NCBI RefSeq assembly: GCF_006345805.1
Contig: NC_043001.1
Location: forward strand, 33,976,001-34,040,000
DNA length: 64,000 bases
From: Octopus sinensis
Taxonomy: Eukaryota
Direction: 5' to 3'
Under the pieces are notes generated by a model. The model worked only from the letters and a program-made list of their open reading frames with translations. It did no database searches and had not been told where the DNA came from. Below, piece after piece: positions 12,990-26,238 of this stretch. Made by a program: the position numbers and the translations under genes. The first letter of the stretch is position 1. Every line of letters begins with the position of its first letter.

Positions 12990-13270
12990 CCGCTGCCGGC
13001 GGCGGCGATGACAACGATGTTGGTGATGGTGATGGTGATGGTGATGATGATGATGATGATGATGATGATTCTGGTGGTGGTGGTGATGATGATGGTGGTG
13101 GTAATGGTGGTGGTGATGGTGATGGTAATGGTGGTGGTGATGCTGATGATGATGAGGAGGATGAGGGGGATGGGGGATGAGGAGGATGAGGAGGATGAGG
13201 AGGATGAGGAGGAAAATGAGGACAACGAGGAGGAGAATGTGAAGGAGGAGGAGAAGGAGGAAGAAAGAAA
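12811..13270. repeat. Compound trinucleotide microsatellite (GAT)n to (GGT/GAT)n to (GAG)n
   Basis: Direct reading; source of the spurious poly-D/M/I/S ORFs. Confidence 0.95.
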
Positions 13271-13687
13271 GGTTATGATAAAAATTATAATGATGATTTT
13301 ATTAAATACAAAGACATTTTTAATGAAGACAATGTCTACATTATGAACAGTGATTATAATTAGAAATCCGTTTAGATTTTTATTTTTGAACAATTTATAA
13401 AAGCAATGTTGTACACTTGACTATACACTGAAGTTTTGGTGACTGGATATATGAATTATGAATAAAGATAAAAGAGTGACTGAATAAATGAATTAGAAGT
13501 AGGAAAGCTGGATGAAACATATGAAAGGATACAATTTAAAAATGAATGACTTTTTGACTAAATGATTGAATAAATCATTGAATGGATAAAAAAAAATTGA
13601 ATAAGTGATTAAATTAAACAATTGGTTCATTAAGGTGTAAAACTCATTTTATCATCATCATCATCATCGTCATTGTCATCGTCGTCG

Positions 13688-13727
<40 letters not shown>

Positions 13728-13728
13728 A

Positions 13729-14142
13729 AGGAGTGGCTGTGTGGTAAGTAGCTTGCTTACCAACCGCATGGTCCCGGGTTCAGTCCCACTGCATGGCACC
13801 TTGGGCAAGTGTCTTCTACTGTAGCCTCGGGCCAACCAAAGCCTTGTGAGTGGATTTGGTAGACGGAAACTGGAAGAAGCCCGTCGTATATATGTATATA
13901 TACATACATACATATATATGTATATGTGTGTGTGTATATGTTTATGTGTCTGTTTGTCCCCCCAGCATCACTTGACAATCGATGCTGGTGTGTTTACATC
14001 CCCGTAACTTAGCAGTTCAGCAAAAGAGGCCAATAGAATAAATACTAGGCTTACAAAGAATAAGCTCTGGGGTCGATTTGCTCGACTATAAAGGCAGTGC
14101 TCCAGCATGGCCGCAGTCAAATGACTGAAACAAGTAAAAGAG
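13729..14142 (+). mobile_element. tRNA-derived SINE family A (AGGAGTGGCTGTGTGGTAAG... head). Other copies at ~4880-5410, 5425-5770, 14416-14812, 18243-18654, 22280-22435, 29749-30145, 35370-35755, 38965-39330(-), 41275-41625(-)
   Basis: A/B-box-like head, internal TA/TG microsatellite, (GAGTAAAA)n tail; about 10 copies in the window. Confidence 0.85.
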
Positions 14143-14145
14143 TAT

Positions 14146-14176
<31 letters not shown>

Positions 14177-14579
14177 AGAAGCATCATTATTACCACCTTC
14201 AACATCTTAATGTCCACGTTTCCATGCTTGCATGTGACAGACGGAATTCATTGAGTCACATGAAGCCTTTTCTATCACCAGCACCTCATTTATTTCCAAG
14301 TAAGATGGTACTTCCCTGAGATCAGACATGTTTTCATAGAAGATTGGAAATGAACGACACTGCTTATATGAAAGTGACACTTGTTTACAATTCTCATGTG
14401 ATGTCAAAATGCACAGGAGTGGCTGTTTGGTAAGTAGCTTGCTTACAAACCACATAGTTCCGGGTTCAGTCCCACTGCGTGGCACCTTAGGCAAGTGTCT
14501 TCTACTATAGCCTTGGGCCGACCAAAGCCTTGTGAGTCAATTTGGTAGACGGAAACTGAAAGAAGCCCATCGTATATAT

Positions 14580-14615
<36 letters not shown>

Positions 14616-14830
14616 ATATGTTTATGTTTGTCCCCACAACATCGCTTGACAACTGATGCTGGTGTGTTTACGTCCCTGTAACTTAGTGGTTCAGCAAAAG
14701 AGACTGATAAAATAAGTACTAGGCTTACAAAGAATAAGCCCCGGGGTCGATTTGCTTGACTAAAGGTGGTGCTCCAGCATTGCCACAGTCATGGAGACTG
14801 AAACAAGTAAAAGCGTAAGCACACACACAT

Positions 14831-14868
<38 letters not shown>

Positions 14869-16904
14869 CAGGCTTTTTTTGTTTCCATCTACCATAATAG
14901 AGTAAACCCCGATATGGTTTTTTTTTTAATGTTTTTGATCATGTCCTTCTTTATACCTAGTGCTCTGATTAACATCGACACAATTTTGTTTTAATTTTCC
15001 TACTTCACCTCCTACATAATCCCATATCAAGATCTTTGTACTTTGATAGTTCTCTTGGCTTCTTTTCAGACAATGTTTTGATCAAGAAGTGATCAGCTAA
15101 CAGAATACACAAATTTTTATTCTCTGTCTTTCATAATTATATCTGAATAGATCAGTTTTGATTACACTGTCAGTCTCAATAAGCTCACACCGGATTATTG
15201 TGGCCAGGTTCTTGTAATGTACCACATTTCATATATGCTTATATTTCTCTGTTTTCATGTTGAAGTGTTGGCCTACTTCCCAATGGATGTTGCTACCAAT
15301 TTAGTCATGATTGTGGATATATTCTGTATTTGCAAAAACTGTGCTGTCAGAAATGGTGTGGTCTACTATTTCTTTGTGCTGATTGTATAATCTGCAACTG
15401 AGGTTAGCCTCTTGCTTCACTATTTCATTCTCATAGTCTTTTTTTCTTTTGTTTCATGGCTAGGCATTGATCCTGTGTAACTAAAATCGGACCTATTTCT
15501 GCTTTAATTCAGAGCTTTTAAGCTATTATTGGCTTTCATGCTGGCATGCTTCCTCAATGTTGAGTTTTGCAGGATATTCACTATGGGATATTTTTCTATC
15601 TATTCTTATTTTGTCTTTGGCAGTCCATTTTGCTTCCGTCTATGTTTTTAAAACCTTTTCTGTTGTTTTGTCCTTATCTAGATCTTTCTCATCATCATAA
15701 TTAGTTTCTATTTTTGTACTTTATTGTTTCGATGTGTATAGAGAAAAGTATTCATGTTTTGCTTTGATTCCATCATGTTCCTATATTACACTAATCCGTT
15801 TTTATCCACTGACTTTTAAGGAATTTTCAGGCTTACTGTCTTACTATCACTGCATCTGTATCAAGCCCCTTCCTCCTTGTTTACAGAATTGGTATAGTCG
15901 GTGTCTATAAGCTTTTAGTAGGGTGGTTTCTGAATATAGTGAAATAGTTTTCAAGATTTCTGTCTTAACTCTTAAACTCAATTAGTTTGCACTTTAAAGT
16001 TGTAGTGGATGATTGATCTAGGTTATATATTTAAAGCTGCTATATTATTTCTTAGTGGAGATGCAATGGCCCAGTGGTTAGGGCAGCAGACTAGCGCTCA
16101 GAGGATAACGGTTTCGATTCCCAGGCCGGGCATTGTGTGCGTTTATTGAGCGAAAACACCTAAAAGCTCCACGAGGCTCCAACAGGAGTGGTAGCAACCT
16201 CTGTTGTACTCTTTTGCCCCAACTTTCTCTCACTCTTTCTTCCTGTTTCTTGAGTAATGCTGTGATGGACTGGCATCCCATCCAGCTGGAGGAAACACAT
16301 ATGCCACAGAAACCGGGAAACCAAGCCCATGAGCCTGGCTAGGCTTGAAAAGGGCGCATAAATAAATAAAAATATTATTTCTTACAGTTCAGTTCTTAAT
16401 ACTAATCTGGCTGAAGAACATAGAATTGTCAGAATATTGGACAAAATGCCTTATAGTATTTAGTTGAAATCTCACTGAGGACATCTTTGACTCCTCTTCT
16501 TCCAATGTGATAAAATAAAGTATAAGACTGGGGTAGATTTAATCAATTATATCCCTTCTTAAAAATTTGTGGCATTGTTGCAGAGTTAGAAATCAATGTT
16601 AATCAAACTATTCTATGTTTTTCTTTTTTAATGTTCTCCTTCATTTCTATGTAATGTAATTTATCCATTTCCCCTACTATGTATTTGTAAGAATACTTGA
16701 CTAACTTATGTCCTTTCCTTACTATTGCACTTAGGCCATTGACAACTTTTCTCTGTTGTTCTCAACCCTAGGCTGTCTTTTCTGCTTCTCTTCAGTTGGA
16801 TCCCTGCTTTTTCATCTGCACCTCAGTATCTCACAAAAGTTCCCCTGAGGGAAAGCCTTCCTTTCCCAGGTCTTGCTGGTTTTGAATTGTCAGTGATAAT
16901 TAAA

Positions 16905-17170
16905 TAATAATAATGAAATTACTGTATATAGTGCTCAGGTGAACCACAACTTGTCAAAAGTGCACACAAAGCATATGCAGTAATGTACAAATGTCTGGAA
17001 AGTGAACAGTGTATGAGTCAGATACATGCTTGCGTGTGTATGGAGGGGAGAAAATCAGGTGTAGTGTTGGCGAATCTCAGGAAGCATGGAAGTTTTGAAG
17101 GATGCAGTGCTCCAACAACTAACAACTGATGCTGGCAGTTTTTTTCCATACTTCAGCAACTCTTAGCATG
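16905..17170 (-). mobile_element. CR1-type LINE 3' end, short copy
   Basis: Near-identical to 36400..36650. Confidence 0.75.
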
Positions 17171-17610
17171 AATACTTCTTTCTAAGTAGGAATGTTAACC
17201 TTACACAAAACCGATTTCAGTTCAGGGAAGAAGTGGTCCCTAATAGTCTGACTTGTATCCTTTGACCTGTCCACCAAGGAAGACCTCACCAAGAGCTTGC
17301 ATTGACATAGCTTTCAGGGTCATTGAAGCACACAAGCCACCTCATCACAAGAATCCACCCTTGTGGGTGGATTTGTGAGGGTGGTTCTGTTCTAATTCTT
17401 TGATTTCAATGACTGGATCTAATTTAATGTTATCAGTTTTTAATTAATTTGTGTCTTTTCAGAGTAGCTTTGGTACATTCATCATCATCATCATCATCAC
17501 CACCACTGCCACTGCCACTGCCACCACCGTCGCCATCACTGCCATCATCACCATTGTTGTCATTGTTGTCATCACCATCACAGTCATCATCGTCATCGTT
17601 GTCATCATCG

Positions 17611-17655
<45 letters not shown>

Positions 17656-18829
17656 GTAGCAGCAGCAGCCATTACTGTCCATTTTTCATGCTGGCATGGG
17701 TTGGATGGCTTGACAGGAATTGGCAAAGTCAGGAGCTGTACCAGGTTCCATAGTGTGCTTTGGGCTTGGTTTCTATGGCTGAACGCCCTTTCTAATGCCA
17801 ACTGCTTTACATAGTGTACTGATTGATTTTTACATGTCACCAGCACCCATTCCAATACTTTTCTGACTCCAAATTCATTTTGATAACCTAGACCAATCAT
17901 GGGTAACTGGGGCTTGCAAAACATTCTGAAGAGCATGCCTAGCAAAAGATTACCTTAAATTCTTTTAGTGGTGTGGCCTACCTGATAATGAGTCATGACT
18001 CATGCAGCCCACTTCTTGTAAAAAGTTGCCCATGCATGACCTAGATGAATATCCCTATGTCAGCTAGGATCAAGCAGACCTATGGTCAATATGTTATCAA
18101 CCTACTAAATGACTTGGTGTAACTCACAAAACTGCTGTTCTAGTTATACCGTGACTCTGCCTAAGTGAGGATCATATTGTATTCACTGAAATACAGTGAT
18201 GAATCATATGGAGATATAGTGTAACAATCTGCATATAGGTGTAGGAGTGGCTGTGTGGTAAGTAGCATGCTTACCAACCACATGGTTCCGGGTTCAGTCC
18301 CACTGTATGGCACCTTGGGCAAGTGTCTTCTACTATAGCCTTGGGCCGGCCAGCCAAAAGCTTGTGAGTGGATTTGGTAGATGGAAACTGAAAGAAGCCC
18401 GTCATACATATGTATATATATATGTGTGTGTTTGTGTGTCTGTGTTTGCCCCCCCCCCCATCAACATCGCTTGACAACCAATGCTGGTGTGTTTACGTCC
18501 CCATAACTTAGCGGTTCAGCAAAAGAGACCGATAGAATAAGTGTTAGGCTTACAAAGAATAAGTCCTGGGGGCGATTTACTTGACTAAAGGTGGTGCTCC
18601 ATCATGGCCACATTCAAATGACTGAAACAAGTAAAAGAGTAAAAGAGTAAAAGAGAGTATATACTTTTTACCCCATCCAGTGTATAACCTATTTCTGTGC
18701 ACCTGCAGATACTGGTGGTGACCAGAGTGAAGGCAGATAAAATATCAAAGCATGACTTATTATCCCTCTTTATTCATCAATGATGGTGTGCATTCTCTTC
18801 CCAAGTCCTGTACTTGGACTAATGATATA

Positions 18830-19341
18830 CTGTAAATCCTTGAGTATAATCCGCACTTTTTTCCCAAAATTTAAAGTTCAAAATTCCTAGTGCATACTAT
18901 ATACGCGGTCGAAAATGAAAATTATTTTCTAAGCAATGTCCGAGTCTCTATTTGCTGTCCGGCAATGTTTATCCAGACGCATTTTGTGAAATCGAGCGCG
19001 AAAATACCTTAAGCTCAGCCTGAAAGCAATGAAGTCATAAAAGAATCATCCATAACTTGCAGTAAGCAACATTTATTAAACGTCATTACTGTTATTTCTT
19101 TATTTTCTTCAAACAAAATGCACAAAAAAGCTACACGTTTGCATTATGTTATATGTACAATAATAATAATGGACGTTACCGTATACATTTTTACAAACCA
19201 AGGACGTTATATAGACCTCCTTGACTCAAGTTAGAGAAGGAGTGCATATTATACACAAGGTTTAAGTTATTCAGAGGTACAGCCCCCTAAAAATTCCCTG
19301 CGTATTATACTCAAGGGCAGACTATACTCGAGGATTTACGG
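18830..19341. mobile_element. pogo/Tigger-like MITE with TA TSD (partial second copy at 32673..33180)
   Basis: TA|C(T/C)GTAAATCCT(C)GAGTATA ... TATACTCGAGGATTTACGG|TA. Confidence 0.8.
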
Positions 19342-20181
19342 TATCTAATTCTGTGAGTGTTTTTAATATGCTAGTCTGGAGTGAGTAAGAGAGATCAAGT
19401 TCTTACTATTACTTTCGAGTTCTCATTTATTATATTGTATATATATGTTGAACTATATCAGGAATATGCTACTGTCAGTCTGTGCTTAGTCTCAGCTGAT
19501 AAATAGCATATTTTTAGCTTTGTCAGTATGTTTCTATAAGACAATTATGACTGGCTACATGTGTTTTGATATGCATTATGAAACTTCTATCTTAATTAAC
19601 TAATTAGATTTAAATATGAGAATTCAATAATGTATTTTGAATTTTTAATAGAGTTTTTTATAATTTCTATACATATGAAATTTGTTACTTCGAGAAATCT
19701 TATTTCAGCTTTCATTTATATACATAAAACAGAAAGAGAGGAGGAGAGAGATAGGGAGGAAGAGAGAGAGAGAGATAGGAGGAAAGGGAGGGAGGAAGAG
19801 AGGAAGAGAGAGAGGGGGCAGAAGGAGAGAGAATGAGAGAGAGAGAGAGAGATCCACTGGAGCATGCTAGCTTCATTTCTTTGAAGTCTTTGCATGTCAT
19901 CTGCAATTAACACCCATGTCTTAATACCACACAGCATCACAATCAGTTCTAGCACAAATGTCATACAATTTGCTCTTTGCTCTGAGGAGAAAAAACCTCG
20001 TTGCCATCAGGTGTAATAGTTCTCTGAACTTTTTCCAACCTGTTCTTACCCTAGCTGCTATACTTTCAAAACAACCACTTCACCTGCTAATTATATATCC
20101 TGAGTTATAAATGCTATTGTCTACTTCTAGAGAACCATCTGGGCATTTAAGCAAACCTAGTTCCATCATGCTCATAGTACA

Positions 20182-20409
20182 GGAGCATGGGAACAGAACA
20201 GGCTAGGGAACAGAAGAAAGAAGAAAGAAGACATGCACCCAACACAAGAGCTGAAGACACCTCCGAAAGGGGGTGGCCCCACCACGTCAAAACGGTAGAG
20301 GAGTAGGGGCTGAAACCGGACGTGGTTCCTCCTGATGATGTCTTGAGCTAACTGGATCCTATAAAGGAGCTGTTGTGGTAGCAGACCACGAAACACGGTT
20401 GTAATTCCT
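20182..20409 (+). mobile_element. 5'-truncated copy of the same structured repeat, flanked by 26-bp direct repeats
   Basis: cctagttccatcatgctcatagtaca at 20156..20181 and 20410..20435. Confidence 0.7.
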
Positions 20410-21098
20410 CCTAGTTCCATCATGCTCATAGTACATATAGCTCCAGTGCTTCAGTCACATATAAAGTTTAATTCCTTTATTAGTCTACTTCTTTTGCATG
20501 CCACATCTGACCCCTCTGATGTCTAATTTTTCTCTCAACACATTTGCCCTTTGTCATGCATGGACACTGACAGAACATGCTAGTTTCATTTCTTGCTAGC
20601 CTTTGCATATCCTCTGCATTCATGGCCCATATTTCACTATCATGTTGCATTGCTGCTTATATACAAGCATCATAAATTCTACCTTTCATTCTGTGAGAGA
20701 GAGAGGCCTTTTGTTACTAACTGAGGTATCATATTTTAACATGTATAAGGAACCCCTTTTTGTTGAAAATTAAGTTTAAAAATATGGGAGTTTCTTATAC
20801 ATGAATAGTACTATAATCCCTTACAAAACCTTTTTCCAAATTTTAGGTACCAAAGATTAGGGTGCTCCTTATACACATTAAAATACAGTAATTGCTCTTA
20901 GAACTTTCTCCAGCCAGTTCTTACCCTAGCAACTAGGATTTCAGAGCATCTTCTTCCACTGTTAAATAGGTCACCTAGGTAACAAAAATTATCTACTACT
21001 TCTAAAGAAACTCCTGGATATTTAGAGAAGTCTATTTTCTGTGTGTTCTTAGTGTTTACTGTTCCTGTGCATATGCTGGCTGCAGCTTGATTTTAAAC

Positions 21099-21359
21099 TG
21101 TGGTGTGTGGTGAAAGAGTGTGACAGATGGGGGAGAGCAGAAGTGGGGCTTGCAGGGCTTGCAGGGCGCATGCGCCAGAGGAAGCGGAAGTGACAGGCAG
21201 AACGCACGTATGGCATTGACCAGTTGCGGCAGACACGACGAAGGGACCAGACGAGCGAGTTGGCTAAAAGCGATCCAAGTTCATCTCTGACGAGGTAAGA
21301 CCCAATTACATTTCCATTCTCCCTTTTTCTGTTGTACTCTTTTCACCGTTCACACTACA
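21099..21359. mobile_element. Solo LTR, 261 bp, 5-bp TSD TAAAC
   Basis: TGTGGTGTG...CACACTACA inverted termini; TAAAC at 21094..21098 and 21360..21364. Confidence 0.8.
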
Positions 21360-21497
21360 TAAACCATGCCTTTGCTTGATTGTTCTCTTAAACACGAGTA
21401 TCCTGGATGTAGTTTTTCAGTCCTTTTACAGATTTATGCTCATTTGCATAATTGTGGCAATAGTGGAAACCTCTTACAGCAGATGTTCAGAGCTTAC

Positions 21498-21578
21498 CAC
21501 TCACACAGGCACATGCAGTCATTCCATTGTAGAAGTTTTCATTGAGTGCTTTGCCCCTGTTTTTCAGACCATAGTCAA
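21498..21578 (-). pseudogene. CATSPERB-like exon, phase 1 (IDYGLKNRGKALNENFYNG...)
   Basis: Resembles PINYRPPSNMGIAIPLTDNFYH; GTAAGC donor at 21497. The ancestral donor may be a mutated GAATGA just after NFYN. Confidence 0.65.
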
Positions 21579-21798
21579 CTATGATAGGTGTCACATAACA
21601 GAGATATTAATAGAGATCTTTTTAAAGCGAGGACAGACTCCTCTCAGTTTCCATCTATCAAATTTGCTCATAAAGCTTTGCTCAACCCCAGGCAGTAGTG
21701 GATAATACCTACCCAAGGTATCATGCAGTGGGACTGACCCTGAAACCATGAAGTTGGGAAGCTAGTTTCTCAAACTTATAGTTGTGCCTGTGCCTATA

Positions 21799-21848
<50 letters not shown>

Positions 21849-22440
21849 CAAAATAAGCAACAAGGATATCCAGAGGTAATGCAGTACAATTGTTTCATGC
21901 AACTCCATTTACTTGAACAATGTAATCATTACATCACTTTAAAATGTAGAGCAATCTTCAGCTGCACAAAGACATAGAATTTAATTAAATTAGAACAGAT
22001 GGACACATTAGTATAATTATACCTAAAATCTCCAAGAAGTTTAAGGAGATACACAAAGAACATGTTGTCTCTACAACAGTATGGTCATAACTAAAATTTT
22101 CAAGGATACACTGCCTGTGACTGATTTTTGTTTATTTATTCAAAAAAAAATTTTTTTTATGGGGTCAGTTTTAATTTATAGACTAGTTTATCAAATCCCT
22201 GCTGTACTCTTTCGCCACAACTTTCTCTCACTCTTTCTTCTGTTGGCCTGGTCGGTCACGGTGGTCATGGTGATATACATATATATATATATATGACAGG
22301 CTTCTTTCAGTTTCTGTCTACCAAATCCACTCACAAGGCTTTGGTCAGCCCAAGGCTATAGTAGAAGACACTTGTCCAAGGTGCCACCCAGTGAGACTGA
22401 ACCCAGAACCATGTGGTTGGGAAGCAAGATTCTTACATAC

Positions 22441-22562
22441 TTGGGATGAAAACATAGACCATTTCCACTGGGTACTGCATAGTCTAAGCAATTCCTTTTT
22501 CATCAAATGTGCTCAATGAATGCTTGTATATATTATGCATCATTTGCCTCAATGACATAAAG
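22441..22562 (-). pseudogene. CATSPERB-like exon, phase 2 to 1, single TAG (FMSLRQMMHNIYKHSLSTFDEKGIA*TMQYPVEMVYVFIP)
   Basis: Strong acceptor, GTATGT donor; SLRQMMHNI resembles SYLRSMHHI; TAG at 22486..22484. Confidence 0.65.
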
Positions 22563-22959
22563 CTACACATTAAAATAAGAAACAGAAAGAATCAACCTTA
22601 GATACAAAATACAAAGGAAGTATGTGCTATCTTAATCCAAAGTAAGTTCTGCATGTATATATATATTTTAAACTATTATTATTCACATCACATTTTCACA
22701 TTTTCTCCCAACATCTCCCTCTCTCACACATGTACACCCACACAAAGGCACGCATTTACTCAAAATGACATATAACCCAAACAAACTATCACCGTCATAA
22801 TCTTATTGACACACATATATTTGCATATTTTAAACTAAAATCCAATGAGGAACTCAAATGACCTTTAGTAGAAGGCCAAATCTAATGCATAGATCATGGT
22901 AGAGCATACATCCTTTGTACATACACATATGCACACATACATTCATGCATACAAATATG

Positions 22960-23118
22960 CACACACATCTATCTATCTATCTATCTATCTATATATATAT
23001 ATATATATACATACCTACATGCATATGTACATATATAAACACAGATATATATTGTATACATGTGTATATATAGATATGTGTGTGTATTATCTCTCTCTAT
23101 ATATATGTAATACACACA

Positions 23119-23151
<33 letters not shown>

Positions 23152-23330
23152 GTCAACCTATCTATCTATCTCCCTCTCTCTCAACACACACAGACACACA
23201 CACACAGAGACATAGACACAAACACACACACACAGACACACATACACAGACACACACATACAGATACACACACACACACAGATACACACACACAGAGATA
23301 CACACACACACACACACACACTCACACAGA
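22960..23330. repeat. (CTAT)n/(TA)n/(CA)n degenerate microsatellite cluster
   Basis: Direct reading. Confidence 0.9.
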
Positions 23331-24424
23331 CCCTCCTGCCCCCACCAAATATCTTATATATAAATTAAAATGTTCAAATTATTTTATTTGCAGCCAAGAA
23401 GTGAAGTTGTATCAGTGAATCAAGTGTTTAATGGACATTGTGCTTTTAGAGTTGATGACGACGATGACAAGATGACAATGAATAAGATGCTGAGTATTTA
23501 CGATAATAACAATTACATCAATGATGGTGATGACTGAGATCATGACGATGATGATCATAAGGGCGACATTTAATTACATGTGTAAAAATGTGGTTAGCTT
23601 CTACATTTAGTAGTGGATGGAAGCACTCCGTCGGTTACGACGACGAGGGTTCCGGTTGATCCGATCAACGGAACAGCCGGCTCGTGAAATTAACGTGTAA
23701 GTGGCTGAGCACTCCACAGACACGTGTACCCTTAACGCAGCTCTCGGGGATATTCAGCGTGACACAGAGAGTGACAAGGCCGGCCCCTTGAAATACAGGT
23801 ACAACAGAAACAGGAAGTAAGAGTGAGAGAAAATTGTGGTGAAAGAGTACAGCAGGGATCACCACCATCCCTGCCGGAGCATCGTGGAGCTTTAGGTGTT
23901 TTCGCTCAATAAACACTCACAACGCCCGGTCTGGGAATCGAAACCGCGATCCTACGACCGCGAGTCCGCTGCCCTAACCACTGGGCCATTGCGCCTCCAC
24001 ACATTTAGTCGTAGAGACTATAAGAAAAAAATAAAGTATAATAAAGTATACATAAAAGGAGGTAATAAAGAATGGATAAGAGGAGATGGAAGGCGTCTGT
24101 TGGTCAAGGATGACCATACATCTGCACATGTATCCAATGGCCAAGGTGAAAATGTTTTTAGGAAAGACTGACAGTTGTCTATGCTTACAAGTCTTTCCAT
24201 ATTGTGCCATCAATGTTTATCCAAGGCAGTGTTTCTCAACCTTTTTACCCTTGTGTAAACCTTAAAATAAATTACAATTCTCAAGGAACCCCTACACAAA
24301 AAAAAATTATATATCATATCTTTCTCATGTTTTTTTCATCGTAGTTCACACGGTGAATATCATATATATGTGTGTGTGTGTGTGTGTGTGTATCATATAT
24401 ATTCACTCGCTCAAGCAGTTGTGT

Positions 24425-24700
24425 TAGAGTAAATATATGGTCCATCAGCAAGTTTAGATGGGCTGGACACATCGCCTGGCTCACCGATAATCAGTGGACC
24501 CACGCAGTTGTCGAGTGGTACCTGCATGAGTGGAAACGACTACTTGGAAGGCCTCCGTGACGGTGGAGTTACAATTTTAGGAGGGCAATTGGGACCACAT
24601 GGATGAGGAAGGTGCGATCCAGAGAAGAGTGGACAGCATGCTGTGACCAGTGGTGTCAATGGATGCCTGACAGACTGGTCGGTCAAGGTGATCAAGGTGA
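24425..24700 (+). mobile_element. RTE-type LINE 3' fragment
   Basis: KFRWAGHIA..DNQWT..VEWY...KR..GRPP. Confidence 0.7.
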
Positions 24701-24832
24701 TATATCATATATACCAAGGTAAAGGCTGGTGACATGGATTGTGAGAGAGTAGTCTACTCTGGGGGAGGCTTTTATGTGGACCTGCCAGGTTGAATGTTGG
24801 CAAACTGAAGAGTTGCCCTGAGCAGCACATAC

Positions 24833-24894
24833 ACACTAGCTACACCACAGTGATGTAGCTTGGTGTCAGTGTCATCACAGGTGTTGCTGTCAGA
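24833..24894 (-). pseudogene. CATSPERB-like exon, open, phase 0 to 2 (SDSNTCDDTDTKLHHCGVAS)
   Basis: TTTCTTTGTAG acceptor, GTATGT donor; S-x-S-x-x-C spacing as in SASTEC; joins the 29471 and 22562 exons in phase. Confidence 0.65.
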
Positions 24895-25236
24895 CTACAA
24901 AGAAATGGAACAGATAATGCAATGCTTCTTACAGAATTCTCTAATAGTTCTGCTAAAACACTGCTCTGGACTAGTACTTTCTAACAACTCCGAAAGAATG
25001 TAAGGTAAAATTAGCCTTATCAAGCTTTGAAGTCAGAGAATCAGATCAAGCACAACAGCAAAAGATTCTATCCAACACTTAGTTTGCTATATTGGAGATG
25101 GAGGAGGAAGGAATAACAGAAAGGAAAAAAGGGACAAAATCATAAAGGCAGGACAAGAGAAGACACATGGGACAGAAAGTCATTGAAGAGGTCACAGAAT
25201 GTGTGCTAAAAGAACTTTGGCCAACAAATAAATTAA

Positions 25237-25239
<3 letters not shown>

Positions 25240-25281
<42 letters not shown>

Positions 25282-25331
25282 TCTTTCTACTATAGGAACA
25301 AGTCTGCCTGCCTGTCTGCCTTCCTACCTAC

Positions 25332-25407
<76 letters not shown>

Positions 25408-25408
25408 T

Positions 25409-25446
<38 letters not shown>

Positions 25447-25489
25447 ATGTGTATATATAAATATATACACACACACGCACACACACACG

Positions 25490-25535
<46 letters not shown>
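25240..25535. repeat. (AAT)n, (CTAT)n and (CA)n microsatellite cluster
   Basis: Direct reading. Confidence 0.9.
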
Positions 25536-25953
25536 ACATGCACACTACCTTCTCACATCGTTTTTAAGTGTATAGTGCAAAAAATTGCCCTAAATTGACA
25601 GAGTAGAAGAGGGGTGTTTGAAAAAATTCGTAAATTTATCATTTTCTTTTTTATCAAAAAGGTATCTTCCATTGTTTTTAAGTACATAATGCAAAAAAAA
25701 AAAAAATGGACAAAATTGATCCAGAAGTGGGGAAAGAGATTCATAAATTTTCAAAACTTTTTTTTAAAAAAAAGCTCTCAGCCACCCACCTCTCCCTGGC
25801 ACCACCATCATTTGCAAAGGTATGGTGAAAAGAAAAAATTGAAAAAATATCAAATGGAGAAAATTCAGCTTAGAGTGTGCTATTCCAAAAGTCTGCCAAG
25901 ATATTCTATTATGAAAATTACCTGACAATGACAAGATACTCAGCTAGTGTGCA

Positions 25954-26050
<97 letters not shown>

Positions 26051-26238
26051 AAAATCATTATTATTAACAGAAAAGTATGCTGTTAAAAATAAATTATGTT
26101 TTTCATACCTTTTAAAATCACTCAGACACCCTAATGAAATTCTTTACACACATACACACTCACACACTAACAAACAAACACACATTCATCATGGTCTATA
26201 TACTTTTATACATTGTGAGAGAGAGTGTGGTGAATATA

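Noticed and set aside
12551-13393. Long ORFs (209, 217 and 185 aa) of poly-D/I/M/S
   Set aside because: Products of trinucleotide microsatellites with no domain content; the same applies to the ORFs at 17433-17945 and 2607-3002.
14860-15960. 1.1-kb non-SINE stretch with purine-rich minus strand
   Set aside because: Looks like an old decayed LINE fragment; no frame stays open and no motif was assignable.
20245-20275. CTGAAGA-cacctcc-GAAA as a hammerhead core
   Set aside because: No stem II between the motifs; the GAAA is the tetraloop of a CACCUCC/GGGGGUG hairpin.
21376-21705. 109-aa plus-strand ORF
   Set aside because: Antisense shadow of the CATSPERB-like exon at 21498..21578; no independent support.
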